A model generated the notes under the pieces. It searched no databases. It was given only the letters and a program-made list of their open reading frames with translations, and had not been told where the DNA came from. The position numbers and the translations under genes are program-made. Shown piece after piece: positions 1 to 9,487 of a DNA stretch of 64,000 bases. Source of the stretch: Thermoanaerobaculia bacterium (GTDB taxonomy: Bacteria; Acidobacteriota; Thermoanaerobaculia; UBA5066); contig CAWFJJ010000001.1 of assembly GCA_963816185.1 (NCBI GenBank), forward strand, positions 64,001 to 128,000, read 5' to 3'. Position 1 is the stretch's first letter; each line of letters begins with the position of its first letter.

Positions 1-28
1 TTTCTGGACGTCGTTCAGACTTTTCGAC

Positions 29-1369
29 TCAGTCGAGCCCGAGCCGCTTGAGCCGGTAAGAGAGGTGGCTGCGCGAGATGCCGAGCCGGCGCGCGGCCTC
101 CGCCTGGACTCCTCCGGCGTCGGCGAGAGCACGCGCGATCAGCGTCCTCTCAAGCTGATCGAGCTGCGCGCGAAGTCCGCCGTCGCCCTCCGGGGAAGCC
201 GCCGAGGGCGCGAGCGGCGGCAGGTCCCGTATCTCGATGCAAGGGCCCCGCGCGAGGATCGCCGCCCGCTCCAGGAGATTGCGCAGCTCGCGGACGTTCC
301 CGGGGAAGTCGTACGCCTGAAGCGTCGTGACGGCCTCCGGCGAGATCGACCGATGCGCCAGACGGAGGTCCCGCGTCACGGCGTCCAGCAGGTGCGCGGT
401 CAGGAGCGGGACGTCCTCGCGCCGGTCGCGCAACGGCGGCAGCGAGATCGGGACGACCGCAAGGCGGTAGTAAAGGTCCTCGCGGAACGTCCCGTCGCGC
501 ACGCCCTGGAGGAGGTCGCGGTGAGTCGCCGACACAATCCTCACGTCCACCGTCCGCGAGGTCGTCGCGCCGACGTGCGTGACGCGCCCGTCGACGAGAA
601 CGCGCAGGAGCTTCCCCTGGAGCGAGGGCGACATCTCCCCCGCCTCGTCCAGGAGGAGCGTTCCCCGGTGTGCCGCCTCGAAGACACCCTGACGCGCCCG
701 GTCGGCCCCGGTGAAGGCGCCCCGCTCGTGCCCGAACAGCTCGCTCTCCAGCAGCGTCTCCGTGAAGCCGGCGCAGTTCACCGCCAGAAACGGAGCGCTC
801 GCTCGCGGGCTCGCGCGATGGAGGGCGCGCGCGACGAGCTCCTTGCCGGTTCCGGTCTCGCCCGTGATGAGCACGGTGGCGTCCGTGGGGCCGACGCGGG
901 CCACAAGCTCCCTCACGCGCGCCATCGGCTCGCTCTCGCCGACGAGCTCCCCGCTTCCAGAGAGGTCGCGGAGCTGGCCCTTCAGCCGGTCATTCTCGCG
1001 CAGGATCTCGGTCCGCTCCGCTGCCCGCCCGATCGCCGCGAGGACGGCCTCGGGGACGAAGGGCTTCGCGATCACGTCGAAGGCCCCGGCGCGCATGGAC
1101 GACACGGCGAGCTCGACGGTGGCGAACGCCGTAAGGACGAGGACCGGGACCACCGGGTCGGCGGCGCGCATCTCCGCGAGGAGCGTGATCCCGTCCCCGT
1201 CGGGGAGCTTCTGGTCGAGGACGATCACATCCCAGGTTCCCGCCGCGAAAGCGCGCCTGGCCTCGGCGACAGATCCCGCCTCGATCACGTCGTGCCCTTC
1301 GGGGCGGAGGATCGCCCCGAGAATTCGCCGCAGGTTCGGCTCGTCGTCAACCAGCAGCACGCGCGCCAA
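29..1369 (-). CDS. Sigma-54-dependent response regulator (NtrC/PilR/AtoC family)
   Basis: Receiver domain (LLVDDE...LDQKLPDGDG), AAA+ Walker A GETGTGKE, ESELFGHERGAFTGA, PGNVREL, C-terminal Fis-type HTH; TTG start. Confidence 0.93.
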   Translation of the reverse strand: MARVLLVDDEPNLRRILGAILRPEGHDVIEAGSVAEARRAFAAGTWDVIVLDQKLPDGDGITLLAEMRAADPVVPVLVLTAFATVELAVSSMRAGAFDVIAKPFVPEAVLAAIGRAAERTEILRENDRLKGQLRDLSGSGELVGESEPMARVRELVARVGPTDATVLITGETGTGKELVARALHRASPRASAPFLAVNCAGFTETLLESELFGHERGAFTGADRARQGVFEAAHRGTLLLDEAGEMSPSLQGKLLRVLVDGRVTHVGATTSRTVDVRIVSATHRDLLQGVRDGTFREDLYYRLAVVPISLPPLRDRREDVPLLTAHLLDAVTRDLRLAHRSISPEAVTTLQAYDFPGNVRELRNLLERAAILARGPCIEIRDLPPLAPSAASPEGDGGLRAQLDQLERTLIARALADAGGVQAEAARRLGISRSHLSYRLKRLGLD

Positions 1370-2666
1370 GGGTGGCCCCCTGTTCGGCGATGACGGACGG
1401 TGGGAGCGTGAGGGCGAACCGGACGCGCCCCGCGGCGTTCGACGCGATCTGCACGTCTCCGCCGTGGCGTCGCGCGATCCCGCGGGCGATCGCGAGGCCG
1501 AGCCCGGTGCCGCGCGGACGCGTCGTGAAGAAAGGTTCGAAGAGGCACGGGACGGCGTCGGCCGGGACTCCCGGCCCGTCGTCTTCCACTTCCAGGGAAA
1601 CGGCGCCGGACCGGCGGCGGCAGACGAGGGAGACGCAACCGCCCCGGCCGGCCGCCTCGACGCCGTTGAGGACGAGGTTCAGGAGCGCCTGCTGGAGCTG
1701 GTGCGGATCGGCGTGCAGCACGAGTTCCTCGGGGGCCGAGCCCTCAACCGCGACGCCGCGAGCGTCGGCGTGCGCGCGAGCGAGCTCGACGACGTATCCG
1801 ACGAGCGTCGCGGCGGAAGTCGGAACCACCGTCGGAACTTTCGCGCCCGCGTAAGACAGGAAGTCCCCGGTGAGCGTCTCGAGGCGCCGGGCCTCTTCGG
1901 AGGCGATCGCGCAGAGGGGCTCAGCGGCGGGAGTCGCGCAGCCCTTGCGTCGCGCGAGGTCGAGCGAAGAGACGATCATCGCGATCGGGTTCCGGATTTC
2001 GTGGGCGATCGCCGACGAGAGCCGTCCCACGGCGGCGAGCTTCTCCTCCTCCACGAGCCGATCCCTTGCCATTCCAAGATCGAGTAGCGAGCCGGCGAGG
2101 CGCGCTCGTTCCTTGCGGAGCTCCGAGACGAGAATCGCCACGACCACGGCGACGACGACGTAGATGAGGGCGACGCTCGCCGCCTCGAACCACTCGGCCG
2201 TCGTCACCGGAGCGTGACTTCGTCCCCAGATGGCCAGCTTGAGGAACGTCAGGACGATCGCGACCGCGACGACGAGTGCGATCCCCGCGGGTGGCTTCCG
2301 GGCCGCGGCGGCGATGACGGGAAGCAGAAGGAGGGCCACGTAATGGCTGTGCTCCAGCCCTCCCAGGAGCGACAGGACGAAAGCGAATGCGACGTTGAGC
2401 CAAATGGAGGCGTCCGCCCACGCAGAGAGGGGCGCCGCCGCGGCCCCGCCGATCCACGTGAGCTCGAGCGCCTGCATCAGGAAACGGCCCAGGAGGACGA
2501 GAAAGAACAGGCGGGGCGGCGTCCCGAGCGCCGGACCGAAGACGAGATGGGCGACGACGATCCCTGCGAGCATCGTCATGTTCAAGAGAACGAGCCCTCC
2601 TTCCTGCCGGCGGAGGACGTCGGAAGCGGAAGAAGACGCGGAGGGTGCGGGAGGAGGATGAACCAA
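1347..2666 (-). CDS. Membrane sensor histidine kinase (PilS/NtrB-like; several N-terminal TM helices, no large periplasmic domain)
   Basis: H-box AHEIRNP, N-box NLVLNG, DDGPG, FEPFFTT, GTGLGL; hydrophobic N-terminal ~180 aa; overlaps the response regulator. Confidence 0.9.
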   Translation of the reverse strand: MVHPPPAPSASSSASDVLRRQEGGLVLLNMTMLAGIVVAHLVFGPALGTPPRLFFLVLLGRFLMQALELTWIGGAAAAPLSAWADASIWLNVAFAFVLSLLGGLEHSHYVALLLLPVIAAAARKPPAGIALVVAVAIVLTFLKLAIWGRSHAPVTTAEWFEAASVALIYVVVAVVVAILVSELRKERARLAGSLLDLGMARDRLVEEEKLAAVGRLSSAIAHEIRNPIAMIVSSLDLARRKGCATPAAEPLCAIASEEARRLETLTGDFLSYAGAKVPTVVPTSAATLVGYVVELARAHADARGVAVEGSAPEELVLHADPHQLQQALLNLVLNGVEAAGRGGCVSLVCRRRSGAVSLEVEDDGPGVPADAVPCLFEPFFTTRPRGTGLGLAIARGIARRHGGDVQIASNAAGRVRFALTLPPSVIAEQGATLGARAAG

Positions 2667-2744
2667 AGCGCAAAATCTTACGCTCGGAGGGTCTGGCGTA
2701 GCCCGGAGCCGATCGCGTTGAGATCGAGATCGAGCGCGCGCGCC

Positions 2745-3884
2745 TCAGCCGGCGGCCGCCGGGACGGCGGGCCGCGCCGCCGCCGTCTTGCGCTTCTCGA
2801 CGAGCGCCTTGAACGCCTCCTTGTCGATCGCCTTCTCGAGCGCGTCGTCCGCTTCCACGAACGCCCCGACGACGAGGTCGGCGAGGTACTGGTCCATCCC
2901 GATCATCCCGGACGTGCGGCCCGTCTGGATGAGGGTCGTGATCATGCTCGTCTTGCCCTCCCGGATGCTGTTCGAGAGCGCGGAGGATCCGCGGAGCACT
3001 TCGAAAGCGGGGACGCGCCCGCCGCCTTTCTTCCTCAGGAGCACCTGCGCGACGACGGCCTTCAGCACCTCCGCGAGCACGGTCCGCGTCTGCTCCTGCT
3101 CCTCGGCGGGGAAGCTGTCGATGAGGCGGTCCACCGCCTTCGAGGCGGAATTCGTGTGGAGCGTCGCGAAGACCAGGAGGCCCGTCTCGGCCGCCTGCAA
3201 GGCCATCGACATCGTCTCGAGATCGCGCAGCTCGCCGACCAGGACCACGTCCGGGTCCTCGCGAAGAGCCGCCTTGAGCGCGCCGGCGAAAGTCGGCGTG
3301 TCGAAGCCGAGCTCACGATGCGAGATCAGCGACTTCTGGGGCACGTGGAGAAACTCGACGGGATCCTCGATCGTGACGATGTGAGAAGCGCGCGTGCGGT
3401 TGATCCAGTCGAGGAGGGCCGCGAGAGTCGTGGACTTGCCCGAGCCCGTCGGACCGGTCACGAGGACGAGTCCGCGCGGGACGCGTGCGACGTTCGAGAC
3501 GATCGGGGGCAGCCCCAGCTCCTCGATGCCGAGGACCTTCGGCGGGATCATGCGGAGGACGGCGCCCGACCCGTGCTCCTGGCGGAAGAGGTTCACGCGG
3601 AAGCGCGCGATCTTGCCCATGGCATAGGCGAAGTCCGCGTCGCCCGTCTCCTGCCAGTCCTTGAACGGCTTCTCGGGAGCGATCGGGCCGATGAGGCTCT
3701 CGTACTCCTCCTCGGTCAGCGTGCGCCACTTCAGCCTCTGGAGATCTCCGTCCACGCGGACGATCGGCGGCGACCCCACGGCGAGGTGAAGGTCGGAGGC
3801 TTTCTTGTCGACGACGATCCTGAGGAGCGTGTCGATCCGGTTCACGCCCATGTCCGAGGAGGAGGCTGGAGGCTGCTTCGTCAT
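2745..3884 (-). CDS. pilT: PilT/PilU-family type IV pilus retraction ATPase (379 aa)
   Basis: ASDLHL, GPTGSGKST, TIEDPVE, LREDPDVVLVGELRD, ATLH; ATG at 3884 overlaps the stop codon of the upstream gene (ATGA). Confidence 0.92.
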   Translation of the reverse strand: MTKQPPASSSDMGVNRIDTLLRIVVDKKASDLHLAVGSPPIVRVDGDLQRLKWRTLTEEEYESLIGPIAPEKPFKDWQETGDADFAYAMGKIARFRVNLFRQEHGSGAVLRMIPPKVLGIEELGLPPIVSNVARVPRGLVLVTGPTGSGKSTTLAALLDWINRTRASHIVTIEDPVEFLHVPQKSLISHRELGFDTPTFAGALKAALREDPDVVLVGELRDLETMSMALQAAETGLLVFATLHTNSASKAVDRLIDSFPAEEQEQTRTVLAEVLKAVVAQVLLRKKGGGRVPAFEVLRGSSALSNSIREGKTSMITTLIQTGRTSGMIGMDQYLADLVVGAFVEADDALEKAIDKEAFKALVEKRKTAAARPAVPAAAG

Positions 3885-6406
3885 TCGAGGGCCTGCCTCT
3901 CGTCGGCGAGAAGCTTCTCGAAGGGCTCCTTCTTGAGCGCCTTCTCCATGGCGATCTCGGGATCCACCTTGCCGTCCTCGCAAAGCTTCATCAGCGACTG
4001 GTCCATGGTGACCATTCCGGCGCTTTGGCCGGTCTGAAGCTGGGACGGAAGCTGGTGCGTCTTGCCTTCACGAATCAGCGACGCCACGGCGGGTGTCGTG
4101 CGGAGGATCTCGAACGCCGCAACGCGACCCGCGAACCCGCGGCGCGGGAGAAGGACCTGGGACACGACCGCCTTCAAGGAGTCGGAGAGCATGACGCGAA
4201 CCTGGCCCTGCTGCCCGGCGGGAAACGAGCTGATGATGCGGTCGATCGTCGCGGGCGCATTCGTCGTGTGGAGCGTGCCGAGGACGAGGTGCCCCGTTTC
4301 CGAGGCGGTGATCGCGAGCGCGATCGTCTCGAGGTCGCGCATCTCGCCGACGAGGATGACGTCCGGGTCCTCGCGGAGCGCCGCCTTGAGCGCCCGCGCG
4401 AACGAAACCGTGTGATGCGGGACCTGGCGCTGGTTCACCATCGCTTCCTTGCTCGGGTGGACGAACTCCACCGGGTCCTCGACCGTGATGATGTGACAGG
4501 GGCGTGTCTCGTTGATGCGGTCGATGAGCGCGGCGAGCGTGGTTGACTTTCCGCAGCCGGACGAGCCCGTCACGAGGACGAGGCCCTGCGTGAACTTGAG
4601 GACGTCCGAGAGCGACGGCGGCAGCCCGATCTCCTCGATCGTCGGGATGGCCTTCGGAATGAGCCGGAAGCACGCGTCGAACCCGCCGCGCTGCGAGTAG
4701 AAGTTGGCGCGGAAGCGCCCGAGCCCCGGCAGCTTCAGGCAGACGTCGATCTGCCGCTCGCGCTCGAGCCTCTTCCATTCGCTCTCGTCGAGCACTTCGC
4801 GGATGAGCTGGGTTGCGCGCGCGCGCGTCATCGGAGGCGCGTTCACGGGCTCGAGGACGCCCTGCATGCGCAGATGCGGCACGAAGCCCGTCGCGAGGTG
4901 AAGGTCCGAGGCTCCGTGCTGGACCATGTCGGCGAGGAACTCGACGAGCCGCGCGTTCTGGTTGCCGGCCAGCTCGACGGTGGCCACCTCGGACTCGATC
5001 TCGGGAAGGGCGTCGCGGGCCTCGTCGCCGGAGAGCCTTCCCACGAGGCGGCGGGCGCGCTCGCGGACCGCCGGATCGAGCTGGGCCATCTGGACGACCC
5101 TCGAGCAGATCGTGACGACCTGCTGCTGGACGCGGGCCTCGGCCACCGCGAGCTTTCCCATCGCGTCGAGGATCTCGATCTGGACGTCGGGGCGCGCGAC
5201 GGCGCCCTTGAACGTGTCGAGAAGCGGCTGGGCGGCGCGCGCGTCGGCGAGCTCCCCGACCGCGGAGGCGGCCGCGATGACGAGCTCGGGGTCCTTGAGC
5301 GCCAGGAGAAGGCGTTGGAGGACCTCGTCGTTTCCCTGCCCGGTCCGCCCGAGCGTCTCGATGGCGCGCGTCCTCACCCAGAGGTCGGCGTCGTCCACGA
5401 GCTTGATCCACACGGGGAGCGCCTTGGCGTCCGCGAGAGCCAGCGTCATCTCGGAGGCGGCCTTCGCAAACGCGGGATCGGGATCCTTCGTGAGCAGAAG
5501 CAGCGCGTTCACGAAGCCCGGCAAGCCATCGCGGGCCGTCTCGACCGCGCGGTCCCGGACCCAGACGAACGCGCCGCGAAAATGCTCGAGGATCCGGCGC
5601 GCGATGAGATCCGGCGTGTAGGGCATGAGGAGATTCACGGCGCCGTGCCTCACGATCGCGTTTCCGTCCGCGAGAAGAGGCACGATCTCGGTCGTGTGAT
5701 CCTGCTTGGCGGAGGTCAGGAGGCGCTTGATCGCGGCGAACGACGCTTCCGCCACGCGTCCGCCTCCCGTCCGCGCCATCTGAAGAACGTCCGGGAAGTA
5801 GCTCTCGTTCGGGTTCTTCTCGAGGACCGCGAGCGCCGAGTAGCGGATCTCCTCGTTCTCGTCCTGCAACAGGGGGACGGCGAGGCTCGCCGCCACGGCC
5901 GCGCTGCCTTCGAAATTCATCTCGCTGACGGCCTTCAGGGCCTTCGCCCGCACGGCGGGATTCGTCGCGGTGAGCACCCGGCGCGCGATGTCGAAGGCCG
6001 CCTCGGCGGGAAGCTCCCGGGCGAGCTCCAGAGCGGCGAGGCGGGCATAGTCGTCCCCGCGGGAGCCGACCTCCTGCAGGAACGGGCCGAGCTGCGGCCC
6101 CGCGAGCTCCTTCAGGAAGCGCATGACGGCGCGCCGCACCGCTTCCGAGCGCGTCTTCAGGAGCGGAACGAGCGCTTCGAGCCCGGCGCGGTCGTGACGC
6201 CTCTTGAGGATCGCGAGACCCGCAGCCCGGATCTCGGGAATCGGCTCGAGCGCCGTCCAGACGATCCACCCGACGTCGGGCTTGACGATCGCGTGGAACT
6301 TCTCGAGGAGCTCCCTCTTGTTCTCCTCGCTCGTCCACTTGTGGTCTCGAAGCTGGGCGACGACGGCCGGCTCCGAGCGCAGGCCGCGCAGCTTCTCAAG
6401 GACCAT
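3881..6406 (-). CDS. HEAT-repeat protein fused to a C-terminal PilT ATPase (841 aa)
   Basis: ~470 aa of HEAT-like helical repeats (e.g. NPAVRAKALKAV, NEEIRYSALAVL, DLWVRTRAIETLG), then ASDLHL, GSSGCGKST, EDPVE, REDPDVILVGEMRD, GHLVLGTLH, ASLIRE. Confidence 0.9.
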   Translation of the reverse strand: MVLEKLRGLRSEPAVVAQLRDHKWTSEENKRELLEKFHAIVKPDVGWIVWTALEPIPEIRAAGLAILKRRHDRAGLEALVPLLKTRSEAVRRAVMRFLKELAGPQLGPFLQEVGSRGDDYARLAALELARELPAEAAFDIARRVLTATNPAVRAKALKAVSEMNFEGSAAVAASLAVPLLQDENEEIRYSALAVLEKNPNESYFPDVLQMARTGGGRVAEASFAAIKRLLTSAKQDHTTEIVPLLADGNAIVRHGAVNLLMPYTPDLIARRILEHFRGAFVWVRDRAVETARDGLPGFVNALLLLTKDPDPAFAKAASEMTLALADAKALPVWIKLVDDADLWVRTRAIETLGRTGQGNDEVLQRLLLALKDPELVIAAASAVGELADARAAQPLLDTFKGAVARPDVQIEILDAMGKLAVAEARVQQQVVTICSRVVQMAQLDPAVRERARRLVGRLSGDEARDALPEIESEVATVELAGNQNARLVEFLADMVQHGASDLHLATGFVPHLRMQGVLEPVNAPPMTRARATQLIREVLDESEWKRLERERQIDVCLKLPGLGRFRANFYSQRGGFDACFRLIPKAIPTIEEIGLPPSLSDVLKFTQGLVLVTGSSGCGKSTTLAALIDRINETRPCHIITVEDPVEFVHPSKEAMVNQRQVPHHTVSFARALKAALREDPDVILVGEMRDLETIALAITASETGHLVLGTLHTTNAPATIDRIISSFPAGQQGQVRVMLSDSLKAVVSQVLLPRRGFAGRVAAFEILRTTPAVASLIREGKTHQLPSQLQTGQSAGMVTMDQSLMKLCEDGKVDPEIAMEKALKKEPFEKLLADERQALE

Positions 6407-6496
6407 CAGCCTGTCTCCATGGCTCGCCTATCGTAGCTCGCGCGCCGCGGGCTGCGCCCGCGCCCGGAGAAGGGGCGCGCGAGCATCGGCCATTTC

Positions 6497-6525
6497 GCAG
6501 GGAAACCCCGCCCGGGTTTCCCTGC
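6497..6525. repeat. Perfect 12-bp inverted repeat GCAGGGAAACCC-N5-GGGTTTCCCTGC in the divergent intergenic region
   Basis: Read directly from the sequence. Confidence 0.8.
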
Positions 6526-6698
6526 ACCTTTCCTCGCGCCGGAGACCCGCGCGATTACTCAAGCCGAGAATCGTCTGCTGCCGGGCAGCGAGTGTTACGA
6601 AATGTGTCGATTCGATCGACGCATGCGCGGGCGTCTCTCAGCAGCGAGTCGGGTGTAAGATCTCTGCCACGAGTCGTTTGACTGTCTGGGTTGATTCG

Positions 6699-6714
6699 CG
6701 GCACGAACCTCGCT
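6699..6714 (+). promoter_or_regulatory. Putative sigma-54 (-24/-12) promoter of the minor pilin operon
   Basis: CGGCACGAACCTCGCT has exact GG-N10-GC spacing and resembles TGGCACG-N4-TTGC; ~20 nt upstream of ATG 6734; two sigma-54 activators nearby. Confidence 0.6.
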
Positions 6715-6733
6715 TTGGAAAGGCGGATTCTCC

Positions 6734-7483
6734 ATGATGAGCGTTACGTCTCCGGACTCTTACCCGCGACTCCGCACGCTTCGGCGCTCGCGGAGGGGGT
6801 TCAGTCTCATCGAGATGCTGGTCGTGGTCGCGATCATCGCGATCATCGTCATCCTCGGGGGAGGGGAGATCTCGAGGGCCTGGAAGCGCCAGAAGATGCA
6901 GAGCGCGGCCACCGACATCAAGGTGCTCTTTCAGAGGGCGCTCCCCGAGATGCAGCGCCGCAACATGCAGACCTTCGTCCAGGTCGGCCCTCACACGACG
7001 ACATCCGGAGCGAAATATCTGCCGATCTACCTCGTCGGCGATGCGGACGGGGACGGGGCCTTGGGCACGTTCTGCCAGAATCCGATCGCACCCGCCACAG
7101 GCTGTCCGGACCTCCTCATCGCCGAGTACGACATCATCGACGTGGGCAAGACGGGCGTCAGGGGTACGTCGGGCGTGGACCAGGAGTTCTGCTTGTCCGA
7201 GGTCGCCGTGGACCAGGTGGAATCCACGCTCTGGTCGGACAACAACACGAGCTGGAATAACCAGCGCGTCCTCATGTGCGACTTTCAGGGGCGGGCGATC
7301 GACACGCTCAGCGGCCGGCAGATCGCCGGGCCGGCCACGCTCGTCTTCACGCACACGGGCGTCGTCAACGGAGGTCTGGACCCCCCGACGCGGTACGTGC
7401 TCAGCATCAACCCGGTCTGGAGCGTCCGGGTCGCGAAGCAGATCAAGGACTCGACGAACGCGTGGGTGACGCAAAATGGCTGA
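6734..7483 (+). CDS. Type IV minor pilin / pseudopilin, FimT/FimU/GspH-like
   Basis: Class III signal RRG|FSLIEMLVVVAII with Glu+5; first gene of the pilin operon. Confidence 0.85.
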   Translation: MMSVTSPDSYPRLRTLRRSRRGFSLIEMLVVVAIIAIIVILGGGEISRAWKRQKMQSAATDIKVLFQRALPEMQRRNMQTFVQVGPHTTTSGAKYLPIYLVGDADGDGALGTFCQNPIAPATGCPDLLIAEYDIIDVGKTGVRGTSGVDQEFCLSEVAVDQVESTLWSDNNTSWNNQRVLMCDFQGRAIDTLSGRQIAGPATLVFTHTGVVNGGLDPPTRYVLSINPVWSVRVAKQIKDSTNAWVTQNG

Positions 7484-8051
7484 GAGCGGCGCCCCTCGCG
7501 ATCGCCGGACACCAACCCGCTCGCGCCGCGGCAGCAGCTTCGTCGAGGTCCTCCTCGCCATGACCATCATGGCGCTCGTCCTCGTCGGCATCCTCCAGAT
7601 GTTCTCGGTGTCGCTCATCATCAACAAGGGCGCCGCGGCCCGCACGCAGATGCTCTTCAAGTGCCAGCAGGTCGTCGAGAACCTCCGCTGGTACTACTAC
7701 GTGACGTCGAACAACATGGCCGCGCCCACGAACACCGACATCCCGGCTCTCGGGGCGGCCACCAAGAATCTTCCATATGTGGCGACCGACCCAGGGTGGG
7801 ATTTCTGGGGTCCTGACGGAGCGAACGTGATCGAGAGGGAGAACGGGCCGTACAAGATCAGCTACACGCTGGTGAACGACAACGGTGTCGGCGGACAGCA
7901 GCTGAACAACGGCACCAACGTCTGGGTGATCACGGTCTCGGCGGTGCCGACGGACGTCCCTGGCGCCGTCGGCGCCTCGCGGTATCTGGGAATCGGAACG
8001 AACGGCGGCGGCAAGAGAGTGGATTATGTGGCGCAGTTCACGCAGCAGTGA
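7476..8051 (+). CDS. Type IV minor pilin, PilV-like
   Basis: RRG|SSFVEVLLAMTIMAL with Glu+5; second position in the operon. Confidence 0.75.
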   Translation: MAESGAPRDRRTPTRSRRGSSFVEVLLAMTIMALVLVGILQMFSVSLIINKGAAARTQMLFKCQQVVENLRWYYYVTSNNMAAPTNTDIPALGAATKNLPYVATDPGWDFWGPDGANVIERENGPYKISYTLVNDNGVGGQQLNNGTNVWVITVSAVPTDVPGAVGASRYLGIGTNGGGKRVDYVAQFTQQ

Positions 8052-9483
8052 CCTCCGGCCTCGCCGCGGCCCCGCCCGTGGCTTCACGCTTCTCGAGGCG
8101 ATGGTGTCGCTGCTTCTCCTCGTCATCGTCCTCATCGTGGCGATGACGATGCTTTTCCAGATGCGCGCCTTCGCAGAGCGGCAGCAATACTTCATGCTCC
8201 CCCGCCAGGCGGCGCGCCGGGCCGCCGACTATCTCTCGTTCTATTTCGCGGGCGCCTCCGACGCCAACAACTACGTCAAGGACGCGCCCAGGAGCCCGAA
8301 CGCGCTGATCACGTATTACAACCTGAACAACAACCTGATACAGGCCTCGTACAACAACCTCGGGTGTCCCGACAGCTCCGGCTCCACCACCTGCACCGAG
8401 CCGGGAAACGGTGCCCGCGTCATTCCGGCGAACCCGCCCGCCATCCCGACGGCGATCAATTCCACCAAGTTCGGCGACATTGGAACCGACGTCATCACGA
8501 TCGTGTCGCCGTCCAATCCCGGCCGGTACCTGGTCTTCCCGAATTTCCCGCCTCTCGGTCCAAACGTCGACTTGTATTTCAACTTCCGGGTCGGCTGCGG
8601 AGGCGGTTGTGGCGCGCCCCCTTTGCCGGCGTGCCCGGCAGCGAGCGACACGGACAACATGAACGCCTTCAAGGCGGCTGCCGGGGACGCCGGCGCTGCT
8701 GGAAGCGCTCTCCTCATGCTCGTCGACAAGGGCGGGGCCTGGTCCTACCTGCAAATTCCGGCCGCCGGCTATGTGGCATCAGCCTGCAACGACGTGAATG
8801 GCAAGAACATCCACGTGAAAGTCGACACGGCCTCGACGACGCTTCCCGCGCCGCCGAACCCGACCGGAGCCGCCGTTTCGAATTTCGTGGATCCGGTCTA
8901 TCTGATCACCGGACTTCAGGTGATCTCCTTCCGCATCCTGACCGACGCCGTCGACGGGCTTCCGAAGCTCCAGCAGAAGATCGGACTCTTCGATCCGGCG
9001 ACCGACAACCCCGGCGTCGCCTTCACGAACGTGATGGAGAACGTGGAGGACCTGCAGGTCGCGTACATGTATGCGCGGCAGGCCGCCGAGGGAGGGGGAG
9101 GGCCTCCGGACGGCTCTCTCGTCTGGAACACGGCATCCCAGACGATCAAGTCGACCAGTCCCGGATGTGGCACGCTGCCCGCGCCCGCGTGCGACACGCA
9201 CGTGCCCTTCCAGGCGGGGCCCAACGGCGCTGCTCCGCCTCTCGACATCTCGAACGTGATCGGGGTGCGGGTCTCGGTCACGGGGCGGTCCCCGCTCCTT
9301 CCGCTCGCGGCCCAGAAGATGACGGACGTCAACGTCAACAATCCCCTGGCATCCACGACGAGCCAGCATTTCCGTCCGAGATCCGAGGATCACGACGTGA
9401 CGGATCCGCCGCAATACGATCTCTTCGACCACTATCGCCAGACGACGACCCTGCTGCTCCGCAACCGGATTCCGGGAGGATGA
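8026..9483 (+). CDS. Large type IV minor pilin, PilW-like (485 aa)
   Basis: ARG|FTLLEAMVSLLLL; C-terminal ENVEDLQVAY, VIGVRVSVTGRS and LLLRN typical of PilW; several Cys pairs. Confidence 0.8.
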   Translation: MWRSSRSSDLRPRRGPARGFTLLEAMVSLLLLVIVLIVAMTMLFQMRAFAERQQYFMLPRQAARRAADYLSFYFAGASDANNYVKDAPRSPNALITYYNLNNNLIQASYNNLGCPDSSGSTTCTEPGNGARVIPANPPAIPTAINSTKFGDIGTDVITIVSPSNPGRYLVFPNFPPLGPNVDLYFNFRVGCGGGCGAPPLPACPAASDTDNMNAFKAAAGDAGAAGSALLMLVDKGGAWSYLQIPAAGYVASACNDVNGKNIHVKVDTASTTLPAPPNPTGAAVSNFVDPVYLITGLQVISFRILTDAVDGLPKLQQKIGLFDPATDNPGVAFTNVMENVEDLQVAYMYARQAAEGGGGPPDGSLVWNTASQTIKSTSPGCGTLPAPACDTHVPFQAGPNGAAPPLDISNVIGVRVSVTGRSPLLPLAAQKMTDVNVNNPLASTTSQHFRPRSEDHDVTDPPQYDLFDHYRQTTTLLLRNRIPGG

Positions 9484-9487
9484 TGAG

